Assembly: GCA_963756355.1 (NCBI GenBank)
Contig: CAVWOD010000006.1
Span: 26,933 to 90,932 of the forward strand
Source of the DNA: an uncultured Acidobacteriota bacterium
Lineage (GTDB): Bacteria > Acidobacteriota > Terriglobia > Acidiferrales > UBA7541
DNA: 64,000 nucleotides
Direction of reading: 5' to 3'
Shown here: in pieces, positions 36,401-44,357 of the stretch
How the letters are laid out: each line of letters opens with the position of its first letter
Position numbering within the stretch: position 1 is the stretch's first letter
The notes under the pieces: generated by a model
Database searches by the model: none
Told to the model about the DNA's origin: nothing
The model's input: the letters and a program-made list of their open reading frames with translations, nothing else
Program-made: the position numbers and the translations under genes

Positions 36401-37752
36401 GCGCTACGGCTACGTGTCCTTCCACAACCTGGGCGGGAGCGATCGTGACGTTCGCAGGCGCGGGCACAACTTCTAATGTGAGCCTGTCGAGCGCTAGCCT
36501 GACGTTTGCCAGCCAGCAACTGAATACTCCCAGCACGGCGCAGAACGTGACCTTGACCAACACGGGCGGCGCAACGTTAAACATTTCCAATATCGGGCTG
36601 ACCGGCGCGAACACTGGCGACTATAGCTACACCACCACCTGCGGCCTCACGGTAGCCGCAGCCGGCAACTGCACCTTTAGCGTCACCTTCACACCGACGG
36701 CCACGGGCAGCCGCACCGCCGCCGTCACGATCACGGACGATGCCGGGGGAAGTCCACAGGCAATCAGCCTGACTGGCACGGGGGCCGGTGCTCCGGCTCC
36801 TGCTGTGACTTTGGCGCCTCCTAGCCTGACGTTCACGAGTCAAACGATTAACACAACGAGCGCGTCCAAGCCCGTCACACTCACCAATAGCGGAAACGCG
36901 GCCCTGACCATCAGCAGCATTGCGGCCAGCGCGCAGTATGGGCAGACGAATAATTGCCCGGCCAGCCCTGCCACGCTTGCTGCTGCCGGTACATGCACAA
37001 TTAACGTTACATTCACACCGACGGCCACCGGCACACAGACTGGCTCGGTTACGATCACGGACAACGCCTCCGGCAGCCCCCACGCGATCAGTTTGAGTGG
37101 AACTGGCGCCGGTGCTCCGGCTCCTGCTGTGACTTTGGCGCCTCCTAGCCTTACGTTCACGAGTCAAACGATTAACACGACGAGCGCGTCCCAGCCCGTC
37201 ACACTTACCAACAGCGGAAACGCGGCCCTGACCATCAGCAGCATTGCGGCCAGCGCGCAGTATGGGCAGACGAATAATTGTCCGGCCAGCCCTGCCACGC
37301 TTGCTGCTGCCGGTACATGCACAATTAACGTTACGTTCACACCGACGGCCACCGGCACACAGACTGGCTCGGTTACGATCACGGACAACGCCTCCGGCAG
37401 CCCGCATGCGATCGGCCTTTCGGGTACGGGCGCTGCCGCTGGCGCACCAGGTGTGAGTTTAACGCCCACGAGTCTCTCGTTTCCCGCGCGGACCGTGGGG
37501 ACGACCAGCGCCGCCAAAACGGTGACGCTGAAGAATACAGGGACCACAACCCTGACGATCACCAGCATCGCGACGAGCGGCGATTATTCGCAGACGAATA
37601 CTTGCGGAGCCTCGCGCACGGCAGGCCAGAGCTGCACGATCAGCGTGAAGTTTAAGCCAACGGCAAAGGGAACGCGGACTGGAACGCTTACGGTGATCGA
37701 CAACGCAACCGGCAGCCCGCACACCGTAAGTTTGACGGGAACCGGAAGGTAA
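33493..37752 (+). CDS. Giant secreted protein: N-terminal metallophosphoesterase domain, FN3-like domain, about 9 choice-of-anchor-D/HYDIN-type Ig domains, one uncharacterised central domain
   Basis: Signal peptide MKTRHLAATSVALFCLVISAVA. Phosphoesterase motifs VLPDTQYY, VGDVVQTGDN, VPGNHDE, LVSHY, LSGHIG. Repeated ...SLTF..Q.INT.S..Q.VTLTNTG...L.I.SI......Q.TN.C......A...C.I.V.FTPTATG...G...ITDNA.GSP modules. The ORF-track start at 33484 is TTG. Confidence 0.8.
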   Translation: MKTRHLAATSVALFCLVISAVAWPNWRSAPLATNNVNSSSAASPAIVQQSINAVRIAPAAASLGRVKPFASVVPAPPAAAPPNAPVLFAPNNGSTGISSPSTLDVSVSDPAGSSMTVTFFGRPAATPGADFNLIVLPDTQYYSSTMNGGTPSMFYAQTQWIVSNQAALNIPYVTSVGDVVQTGDNDGNNTEWIVADTAYKILENAGIPYAVVPGNHDEGNDLSNLGSASITDQFNNWFGVSRFTGRPYYGGHFGTANDNHYDLFSVSGMDFIVIHFAYDESPTGTRFQNVLTWANGILKQFPSRRAILVSHYILNNGNPATFGPQGQTLFTALSNNPNLFLTLSGHIGFPGEGQRSDTVNGNVIQSVMSDFQDRASGGDGWMRIMTFSPANNTISVKTFSPVLNQNMTDVGSQFTLPYNMQNNGYAVLGTVTGVASGARAQAAWNGLNANSSYQWYVTVNNGTSTTTGPVWSFTTSSGGAGPAVSLSQSSLTFASQQINTTSGSQSVTLTNTGGATLNLTSIVPSGDFGSTNTCGSTLAANANCSISVTFTPTATGTRTGAITITDNAAGSPHSISLTGVGTSPNPVASFSVPSLNFGTQQINTASAPQSVTLTNTGNSALTVSNIVASAPYSQTNTCPASLAANANCTISVTFTPTATGTQTGSLQVTDNAAGSPQSVSLTGVGATAVISGASLSTTGLTFASQTTGTTSAPQSFTLTNTGNGTLSITSILPSGDFAQTNNCGGSVLAGAICTINVTFTPTATGARSGAVTFTDNAPTSPQAITLAGTGAASSIKFIQSASLASTSSTALAKAFTSATTQNNLLVVGVYTWGGTVSSVTDSLSNTFTLATSGATASGNNLYVFYAISKASGVDTVTAHVSGGGVMEDIHEYSGISTTSPLDQKKVSLGTGTAINSGTVNTLLPNELIFGFAGVDGNSVTSAGATFTLRQNTGSGELSEDKIVAATGAYSATATCPSTTWAGAIVTFAGAGTTSNVSLSSASLTFASQQLNTPSTAQNVTLTNTGGATLNISNIGLTGANTGDYSYTTTCGLTVAAAGNCTFSVTFTPTATGSRTAAVTITDDAGGSPQAISLTGTGAGAPAPAVTLAPPSLTFTSQTINTTSASKPVTLTNSGNAALTISSIAASAQYGQTNNCPASPATLAAAGTCTINVTFTPTATGTQTGSVTITDNASGSPHAISLSGTGAGAPAPAVTLAPPSLTFTSQTINTTSASQPVTLTNSGNAALTISSIAASAQYGQTNNCPASPATLAAAGTCTINVTFTPTATGTQTGSVTITDNASGSPHAIGLSGTGAAAGAPGVSLTPTSLSFPARTVGTTSAAKTVTLKNTGTTTLTITSIATSGDYSQTNTCGASRTAGQSCTISVKFKPTAKGTRTGTLTVIDNATGSPHTVSLTGTGR
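36784..37431 (+). repeat. Tandem duplication, 2 x 324 bp (one 108-aa Ig-type domain each) inside the giant gene
   Basis: 36784-37107 and 37108-37431 are nearly identical, with about 9 substitutions in the first ~300 nt and divergence over the last ~20 nt. Confidence 0.9.
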
Positions 37753-38111
37753 CCGTATCAAGCATGGCCCGCCCTATTTGTTGAGCGTGCGAGACTGGCT
37801 GCAGGCCTCCGCCGGTTTCGCACGCTTCCAGTTCTAATTCCGAAAAGATCGATTGAATCCCGCCGTTCGATCCCTGCTCAAACAACTCCAGGATTCAGTT
37901 GTCCCCAGCAGCGCCGTTCCCAGATCGGAAATGTTCTATTGAAATCGACGGTGGCTCTTCGGAGTTCGCCGCTTTCGGTTGGGTTTCCTCGCTCACCCGT
38001 CGAGGAGGAACCAGGGGAGAAGTTTGCACTTGGCGCAGTGGTGGGGTTATATGAAACTATTGAAGTCCCTTCGAAATTCGCCCTCGGGCGTTGATTTGAG
38101 AGGAGTGTGCT

Positions 38112-39464
38112 TTGAAGATTTCAGTGATTGGATCGGGGTATGTCGGCTTGGTGACGGGGAGTTGCCTGGCGGAAATCGGGCACCAGGTGATCTGTACGGA
38201 TAGTGATGCGGCGAAGATTCAGATCCTGGAATCGGGCAAGCTGCCGATTTACGAACCGCACCTGGACGAAGTGGTGGCCAAAGTGCGCCGGGAAAAGCGG
38301 CTGAGCTTTTCCGCGAACCTTGCCGAGTCCGTCGCGACCGGCGAAGCGGTGTTTATTTGCGTGGGTACGCCGCCGCTGCCGAGCGGCGACGCGGACTTGA
38401 GTTCGATCGATCGCGTGGCGCGGCTGATTGCCACCGAATCGCGCACGCCCAAGCTGGTGGTGGAAAAAAGCACCGTGCCGGCCAAGACGGGCGAGCAATT
38501 GAAGCGGGCGCTCTCCATCTATGGGCGAAAAGCGGGAGCAAGTTTTCAAGTGGCTTCGAATCCTGAATTTTTGCGCGAAGGAACGGCAGTGGAGGATTTT
38601 CTGCATCCCGACCGCATCGTGATCGGAGTGGAAGACGCGAGCGCCGAAAAACAGTTGCGCGAAATCTATGGCCCGGTTCTGGAACAGAAATTTCAATGCC
38701 CGGTTCATGCACCGTCCTGCCCGGTGGTGCCCAAACCGGCGTGGGTAGTGACGACGATCAACAGCGCGGAGCTGATCAAGCACGCCTCGAATTCCTTCCT
38801 GGCGCTGAAAATTTCCTACGCCAATATGGTGGCCGACCTGGCGGAGCGGCTGGGGGCGGATATCGAAGAAGTGACGCGCGCGGTGGGCATGGATCCGCGA
38901 ATCGGCACGTCGTTCCTGCGCGCCGGATTGGGATTCGGTGGATTCTGTTTGCCGAAAGATTTGCAGGCGTTCGTGCAATTGGCCGAGCGGGTGGGAGTGG
39001 ATTTTTCCCTGCTGAAAGAAGCGGAACGAATCAATCACCGGCGCATCGATCACTTTCTGGAAAAGGCGCGGCGGGCGCTGTGGGTGGTGAAAGACAAGCA
39101 GGTCGGGCTGCTGGGACTGGCGTTCAAGGCCAATACGGACGACATTCGTTTTGCGCCTTCACTCGATTTGATCGACCGGTTGCTGGCCGAAGGCGCTCAT
39201 CTTCGCGCGTTTGATCCGGTGGCGATGGATCGCGCTCGCGAACGATTCCCGCAGATTCACTACGGCGCGGATGCTTACGAAGTGGCCCGTGACGCGGAAG
39301 CGTTGATGATCGTGACGGAATGGCCCGAATTCCGCAAACTGGATTGGGAACGTATTCGGGATTCGATGGCGCGGCCGCTGGTGCTGGATGGCCGCAATTT
39401 GCTTTCGCCCACGGAGATGAAGGGCCTGGGATTCGAATACCATTCCATGGGCCGCGCGATTTAG
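38112..39464 (+). CDS. ugd: UDP-glucose 6-dehydrogenase
   Basis: TTG start. KISVIGSGYVGLVTGSCLAE, the catalytic GFGGFCLPKD motif and a C-terminal UDP-binding domain. Confidence 0.9.
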   Translation: MKISVIGSGYVGLVTGSCLAEIGHQVICTDSDAAKIQILESGKLPIYEPHLDEVVAKVRREKRLSFSANLAESVATGEAVFICVGTPPLPSGDADLSSIDRVARLIATESRTPKLVVEKSTVPAKTGEQLKRALSIYGRKAGASFQVASNPEFLREGTAVEDFLHPDRIVIGVEDASAEKQLREIYGPVLEQKFQCPVHAPSCPVVPKPAWVVTTINSAELIKHASNSFLALKISYANMVADLAERLGADIEEVTRAVGMDPRIGTSFLRAGLGFGGFCLPKDLQAFVQLAERVGVDFSLLKEAERINHRRIDHFLEKARRALWVVKDKQVGLLGLAFKANTDDIRFAPSLDLIDRLLAEGAHLRAFDPVAMDRARERFPQIHYGADAYEVARDAEALMIVTEWPEFRKLDWERIRDSMARPLVLDGRNLLSPTEMKGLGFEYHSMGRAI

Positions 39465-39490
39465 CGCGGCAGCGGCGCTCGGCGGATTTT

Positions 39491-40453
39491 TTAGCTCCTG
39501 GCGGAATCCACGCGGCCGGTCTCCGCGATTTTCTTCTGGAAATATTCGTGCGTGCGGCGCAGCCCTTCGTCCAGATTCACTTTCGGCTCCCATCCCAGAA
39601 TCCGGCGCGCCTTGGTGATGTCCGGGCAGCGGCGCTTGGGATCGTCCTGCGGCAGCGGATGAAATTCCAGCGGCACTTTCGCGCCGGTCAGCGCCAGGAT
39701 GCGCTCGGCAAACTCGAGCATGGTGATTTCATGCGGATTGCCGATATTCACCGGCTCGTGCTCCTGCGATTCAAGTAGACGATAAATTCCCTCGATCAAA
39801 TCCGAAACGTAGCAGAAGCTGCGCGTTTGTTTCCCATCGCCATAAACGGTGAGCGGCTGGCCGACCAGCGCCTGGTAAAAGAAATTGGGCAGCACGCGGC
39901 CGTCGTTCAATCGCATGCGCGGGCCGTAGGTATTGAAGATGCGAATGATGCGCGTATCCACGCCGTGCGCGCGGTGATAGGCCATGGTCATCGCTTCGCT
40001 GAAGCGCTTGGCTTCGTCATACACGCCGCGCGGGCCGATGGGATTTACGTGTCCCCAATACGTTTCCACTTGCGGGCTGATTTCGGGATCGCCGTAGCAT
40101 TCCGAAGTAGACGCCAGAAAATACCGGGCATGTTTCGCCAGCGCCAATCCGAGCGAATTGTGCGTGCCCAGCGAACCCACCTTCAAAGTTTGAATCGGCA
40201 ATTTCAGATAGTCCACCGGGCTGGCGGGAGAAGCGAAGTGCAGCACGGCATCGACGGGACCGGGCACTTCGATATATTTCGAAACATCCTGATGAGTGCA
40301 ACGGAAGCGCGGATGCTTGCTTAGATGGGCGATATTTGCTTGCGAACCGGTGACGAAATTATCGAGGCAGACCACTTCCCAATCGCGCTCGATCAAGTAA
40401 TCGCACAGGTGCGATCCCAAAAAGCCGGCTCCGCCCGTCACCACTGCGCGCAT
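39491..40453 (-). CDS. uxs: UDP-glucuronate decarboxylase (UDP-xylose synthase)
   Basis: [34 protein letters not shown] and IFNTYGPRM motifs, typical of UXS-type extended SDRs. Confidence 0.85.
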   Translation of the reverse strand: MRAVVTGGAGFLGSHLCDYLIERDWEVVCLDNFVTGSQANIAHLSKHPRFRCTHQDVSKYIEVPGPVDAVLHFASPASPVDYLKLPIQTLKVGSLGTHNSLGLALAKHARYFLASTSECYGDPEISPQVETYWGHVNPIGPRGVYDEAKRFSEAMTMAYHRAHGVDTRIIRIFNTYGPRMRLNDGRVLPNFFYQALVGQPLTVYGDGKQTRSFCYVSDLIEGIYRLLESQEHEPVNIGNPHEITMLEFAERILALTGAKVPLEFHPLPQDDPKRRCPDITKARRILGWEPKVNLDEGLRRTHEYFQKKIAETGRVDSARS

Positions 40454-40551
40454 GAACCCTCCTCCTCACAATCCAATCGCAATTGTAGCCAGCGCACCCG
40501 CAATCACAAAGCCCCCCGCAAACCCTTGTTGTGAGGATGGAAAGGAACGGT

Positions 40552-41226
40552 TTAACCGCAATCGACGAGGCGATGATTGACGGAAAAAAGCGCTAGTTCA
40601 AGGCGGTTGGAAACACCGAGCTTGTCGAATATGTTAGTAAGGTGATGCTTTACGGTTTGTTCGCTGAGCGAGAATTTCTGGGCGATATCCTTATTGGTGT
40701 AGCCTGCAACAATTGCGGAAACGATTTGTAATTCGCGCGGGGTGAGTTTCCACTTCTTGCTGGGGTCATTGCCGTTGGAATTAGCCGCTTGTTCCTGAAT
40801 TTTGCGGACCAGCTCAGGAACGCTGTCGCGCCCGATCCAATACTCGCCCGCCATCACGCTCTGAATGCTCTTGCGCAGAAGTTGGGTGGCCGATTCCTTG
40901 AGAATGATGCCGCGCGCGCCGTGCTGCAGGGCTTCGAGGATTTGCGTTTTCTCGACGGTGGCAGTGAGAATCAAGGTGCGAACCGGGAGCGACATGCCGG
41001 AAAGTTCCCGCAATGCTTCCATCCCGGGATGGCGGGGCATGGAGAGATCGAGGAGAAGGATATCCGGATTCATCTCCCGTGTGAGCTTTACGGCTTCCTT
41101 GCCGTCGCCTGCTTCAGCGATGACACTGAATCCAGGCTCGGATTCGAGGACCATTCGCAAGCCGAAACGAAATACGGGATGATCATCCGCGATAATCACT
41201 CGGATCGAACTGGCCGCATTATCCAT
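40552..41226 (-). CDS. Response regulator, NarL/FixJ (LuxR HTH) family
   Basis: Receiver domain IRVIIADDHPV...DILLLDLSMP and C-terminal LTPRELQIVSAIVAGYTNKDIAQKFSLSEQTVKHHLTNIFDKLGV. The ATG at 41226 overlaps the kinase stop. Confidence 0.9.
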   Translation of the reverse strand: MDNAASSIRVIIADDHPVFRFGLRMVLESEPGFSVIAEAGDGKEAVKLTREMNPDILLLDLSMPRHPGMEALRELSGMSLPVRTLILTATVEKTQILEALQHGARGIILKESATQLLRKSIQSVMAGEYWIGRDSVPELVRKIQEQAANSNGNDPSKKWKLTPRELQIVSAIVAGYTNKDIAQKFSLSEQTVKHHLTNIFDKLGVSNRLELALFSVNHRLVDCG

Positions 41227-42559
41227 AGACCTCTTTGGGGAGCTCAATTTCCAGCCGCGAACCGTGCCCTGGATTGGATTCCACCGAAAGCTCGGCGCCA
41301 ATGGTGTGAACGCGTTCCTTGATGACCGCCGGGCCCTTCCCAGCAGCGTCTAGCTCCATGTGGGAGAGGCGGCCGACAAAATCGAATCCACAGCCGTCAT
41401 CGTCAATCACAAATTTCCACCTGCCCTTCTCCATGACAAACTGGACCAGGACGTTGTGGGCGGAACTATGCTTCCGGACGTTCACTAGAGCTTCTTGCAC
41501 GATTCGTGCCAATTCGTGTCTGATACTGGGGGGAAATGGAACGCGGTCCACTTCGGAGATAAATTGGGCTTTAATTCCCGTCTCGTCCTGGAACTTTTGT
41601 ACTAGTTCCGCCACAAACCCGACCAGACCCTGTGGACCGAGGTCCGGCGGACGATAGCGCTGGACGAGTTCACGAACCGCGACGATATTTTCCTGCAGAA
41701 GTTTTTGAACCCGAGTGAGGCCGTCGTTGATTTGGGAAGGGTTGGTGGCGTTCTGGCGGCGCATCACATCAATCTGACACTCGGCCGAATACATCACCTG
41801 GATCACGCCATCGTGAATTTCGCGCGCAATGCGCGATCTTTCCTTCTGCGCACCGCGTGCTGAAGCTTCCAGCCGAATCTGCCGTTCTTTTCGAGCCAAA
41901 TAGCCAAGAAGCGCTCCCGCCATGCAGAGATACAAAATTGCCGCCAAAAAACGTGACGGGAAGGGCTGAGAGGCAAGCGGCCACAAACTGAACCGAGTGT
42001 CAAAGCTGCCCAGTAACAGAAACAAAGACAAAAAGGCAACGCACACCGCAACAGTCTTTAGAGTACCCGCAAAACCCCAACGATGGGCGGACGCAGCCAG
42101 AACAAACAGCAGGAATAGAGGCACTGGCGCGGGGCTATGCGTCAACAGGCAAAGAAGCCCCATCCAGAGGACATCGACAATATGGAGCCAAGACGAGAGA
42201 TTCGGAACGTAGGTGCTGCGGCGATGGGAACGCAGCCAAATCAGCACCAGAGCGCTGTAAGCGACGTAGGAAAGCGCGCAGATCTCGACCAGCAGATAAT
42301 CCTGACGGATGGGCGAACGCTGGAAAGTGAGCGCGATCATCACCCAGATTGAGATCCACACCCGAGCGACGGAGAGAGTGCGTTCGGCGCTTTCGAGATC
42401 GAGCCCTTTGCGCACGAATGACGAATTTGATCTGGGAGCTGGAGCCAGACCCATAATTTCACCCCAAGCTTTAAGGGCGAACTTGGCAAGTGGGTTCCAG
42501 ACACGCCACGAAAACGCGGCAAGCATTGTGATGCGTGTGCTTGCGCGTGAACGCGACAA
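41219..42559 (-). CDS. Sensor histidine kinase (HisKA_3 / NarX-DesK type) with multi-pass membrane N-terminus
   Basis: H-box RIAREIHDGVIQ, HATPase_c block FVIDDDGCGFD...GHGSRLEIELP and about 6 hydrophobic helices in the N-terminal half. Confidence 0.85.
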   Translation of the reverse strand: MSRSRASTRITMLAAFSWRVWNPLAKFALKAWGEIMGLAPAPRSNSSFVRKGLDLESAERTLSVARVWISIWVMIALTFQRSPIRQDYLLVEICALSYVAYSALVLIWLRSHRRSTYVPNLSSWLHIVDVLWMGLLCLLTHSPAPVPLFLLFVLAASAHRWGFAGTLKTVAVCVAFLSLFLLLGSFDTRFSLWPLASQPFPSRFLAAILYLCMAGALLGYLARKERQIRLEASARGAQKERSRIAREIHDGVIQVMYSAECQIDVMRRQNATNPSQINDGLTRVQKLLQENIVAVRELVQRYRPPDLGPQGLVGFVAELVQKFQDETGIKAQFISEVDRVPFPPSIRHELARIVQEALVNVRKHSSAHNVLVQFVMEKGRWKFVIDDDGCGFDFVGRLSHMELDAAGKGPAVIKERVHTIGAELSVESNPGHGSRLEIELPKEVYG

Positions 42560-42793
42560 CCCTCGCCTGCGCGAGTTCAGCCCCGTAGAGTCTTGCTAAA
42601 TGGGACCGTGCCTGGGGACGTTGGCCTCGCCAACTGACCAAAAGTGCTCCGGATCAGCCAGCGATTGGGCGTAGTTTCACAGAGTAGAACAAGCGGGTCA
42701 AGACAAAATCACAGGACTAGGAGTACCGAATTTCGTTCGCCCTATTGACGAGCAATGGAGAGATTTTTCGGGTAATCCCCATAAAAACGCCTA

Positions 42794-42812
42794 TTTGTAA
42801 AATCTTTGTAAA
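42794..42812. promoter_or_regulatory. Direct repeat TTTGTAAA-N3-TTTGTAAA (11-bp period) in an AT-rich patch of the divergent intergenic region
   Basis: 42794-42801 and 42805-42812 are identical octamers. They lie between the HK/RR operon (minus strand) and the PilZ/UpxY/EPS genes (plus strand). Confidence 0.35.
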
Positions 42813-43109
42813 CAACGATGGGAACATTAGTACCAGAGTTTGGAAGATATTTTCCTCTGAGCAGCCCCCGGTTCCCTCCCAGGGTTCGAGTTTGGGCCAG
42901 CGGAATGGGCCAGTCAAAAAGCGGCGTAGGGATGAATCGGTGCAATTGGCTCTTTTCAGCCGGTGCCATGGGGTGATGGCACTCCCTGGCTAGCCCGGTG
43001 CCACCTTCGAGCCATTGCCGATATTTACAGAACATTTATATTCAGACTCACAACTGAAGCACGAATTGCCCTGCGGTATTTGTGTCTTGTGACGGAGAGA
43101 CGACGAGAG

Positions 43110-43583
43110 ATGGCGCGCCCACGAAAAGCGGATGGCAACCGGGACCTACGGCGAGCGCCACGTTTTCCCATTCGAGTGCCGCTGATGTATCGCGTTCACG
43201 GCGAAGCAACCTGGCGAACGGGAAAGACCGAAAACATCAGTTACAACGGGGTCTTGTTTCTGTGCGAGCAAGCGGTGGAACGAGAAACGCGAATCGAGAT
43301 TAATTTCACCCTGCCTGGAGAACGCACCAAACAGCAGGGCGCCGAAGTGGTGTGCCACGGCGACATTGTACGCCGCGAATCGATCGTGGAGGCCAAGGGC
43401 CCGATCGTGCTGGCAGCGCGGATCTGGGACTACCGGCTTAAACGAGGCAAGGAAGCCATCAAAATTGAAATGGCCGAAGAAACACGGAGCGCGCCGGAAG
43501 GAAGCGCTGCAAGCGCGGCCAACAGTTTGGAAATTGAATTAGACAAGGCAAAAGATCGTAAGAGGCCTCGCAACAAGGAGTAG
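43110..43583 (+). CDS. PilZ domain protein (putative c-di-GMP receptor)
   Basis: Canonical RxxxR (RRAPRFPIR) and D/NxSxxG (TENISYNGV) motifs, followed by a charged C-terminal tail. Confidence 0.75.
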   Translation: MARPRKADGNRDLRRAPRFPIRVPLMYRVHGEATWRTGKTENISYNGVLFLCEQAVERETRIEINFTLPGERTKQQGAEVVCHGDIVRRESIVEAKGPIVLAARIWDYRLKRGKEAIKIEMAEETRSAPEGSAASAANSLEIELDKAKDRKRPRNKE

Positions 43584-43720
43584 GCCACTTACCCGGCAAG
43601 AGAAGCACAAGCCGGGGAAAAAGTTGAGTTCCCTTTCTCCGCTGAGAGCAGTTGAGGAAATGCGCGGGAAAAGGCGGCATACAGGGAAAACATCCCTGTA
43701 AGTCACAGGGGCGAAGCCAT

Positions 43721-44323
43721 ATGCGGATGGCGGATCACAATCTGAAATCCGGTGAAACAGAAGCAAACGATTGGTATGCGCTGTACACGCGGCACCAGCA
43801 CGAGAAAGCCGTCACCGATTACCTATCCTATTTCGGCATCGAAACATTTCTGCCCCTGTATGACGTGGTTCATCAGTGGAAAGACCGGAAGAAGCATCTC
43901 TCGCTGCCCTTGTTTCCCTGCTACGTATTTCTGCGGGGAGGAATGGAGAAGCGGCACAGAATCCTATCCGCACCCGGAGTTTACCAAATCGTTGGGACCG
44001 CGGGGCAGCCAATTGTGATTCCGGCTGTGGAAATCGAGGCGATTCAACGCGCCGTGAATAGCACTTTTCGAGTGGAGCCTCATCCCTTTCTGCACTGCGG
44101 AGACCAGGTTCGAGTGCGACGCGGACCACTGGCCGGGATCGAAGGGATACTGCTTCGCAAGAAAAATCTTTGCCGTCTGGTTCTTTCGGCAACCTTGCTC
44201 GAAAAATCGCTAGCCGTTGAAGTGGATGCGGATTGCATTGAACGCATTGGTCCGGGAATCATCGCACCATCCATGATCCCGCAGAGATCACAGACCTACG
44301 AACGTGAACGCGCCGCAGGATAG
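43721..44323 (+). CDS. UpxY/RfaH-like NusG-paralog transcription antiterminator
   Basis: NGN domain WYALYTRHQHEKAV...LPLFPCYVFLRG and KOW motif GDQVRVRRGPLAGIEGIL. First gene of a long same-strand EPS gene string. Confidence 0.75.
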   Translation: MRMADHNLKSGETEANDWYALYTRHQHEKAVTDYLSYFGIETFLPLYDVVHQWKDRKKHLSLPLFPCYVFLRGGMEKRHRILSAPGVYQIVGTAGQPIVIPAVEIEAIQRAVNSTFRVEPHPFLHCGDQVRVRRGPLAGIEGILLRKKNLCRLVLSATLLEKSLAVEVDADCIERIGPGIIAPSMIPQRSQTYERERAAG

Positions 44324-44357
44324 CTGCCCAGCGCCACGTGAAAACTGAGGAAGCGCC

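Noticed and set aside
34900-37600. Highly periodic repeated sequence that might look like a repeat array or CRISPR
   Set aside because: The repeats are ~320-nt coding units, each an Ig-type domain of a single long ORF. Their divergence is protein-like. There are no short direct repeats with unique spacers and no cas genes.
42915-42935. RfaH ops-like element (GCGGCGTAGGGATG) in the EPS upstream region
   Set aside because: It differs from the GGCGGTAGnnTG consensus by a missing G. It also lies upstream of the PilZ gene rather than in an obvious transcribed leader. This looks like chance similarity.
43584-43720. Possible c-di-GMP (GEMM-I) riboswitch in the leader of the UpxY-like gene
   Set aside because: ACAGGGGCGAAGCC is only loosely similar to the conserved GGGACGCAAAGCC segment. 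The paired P1/P2 architecture with tetraloop and receptor could not be drawn. A covariance-model scan is needed before any claim.
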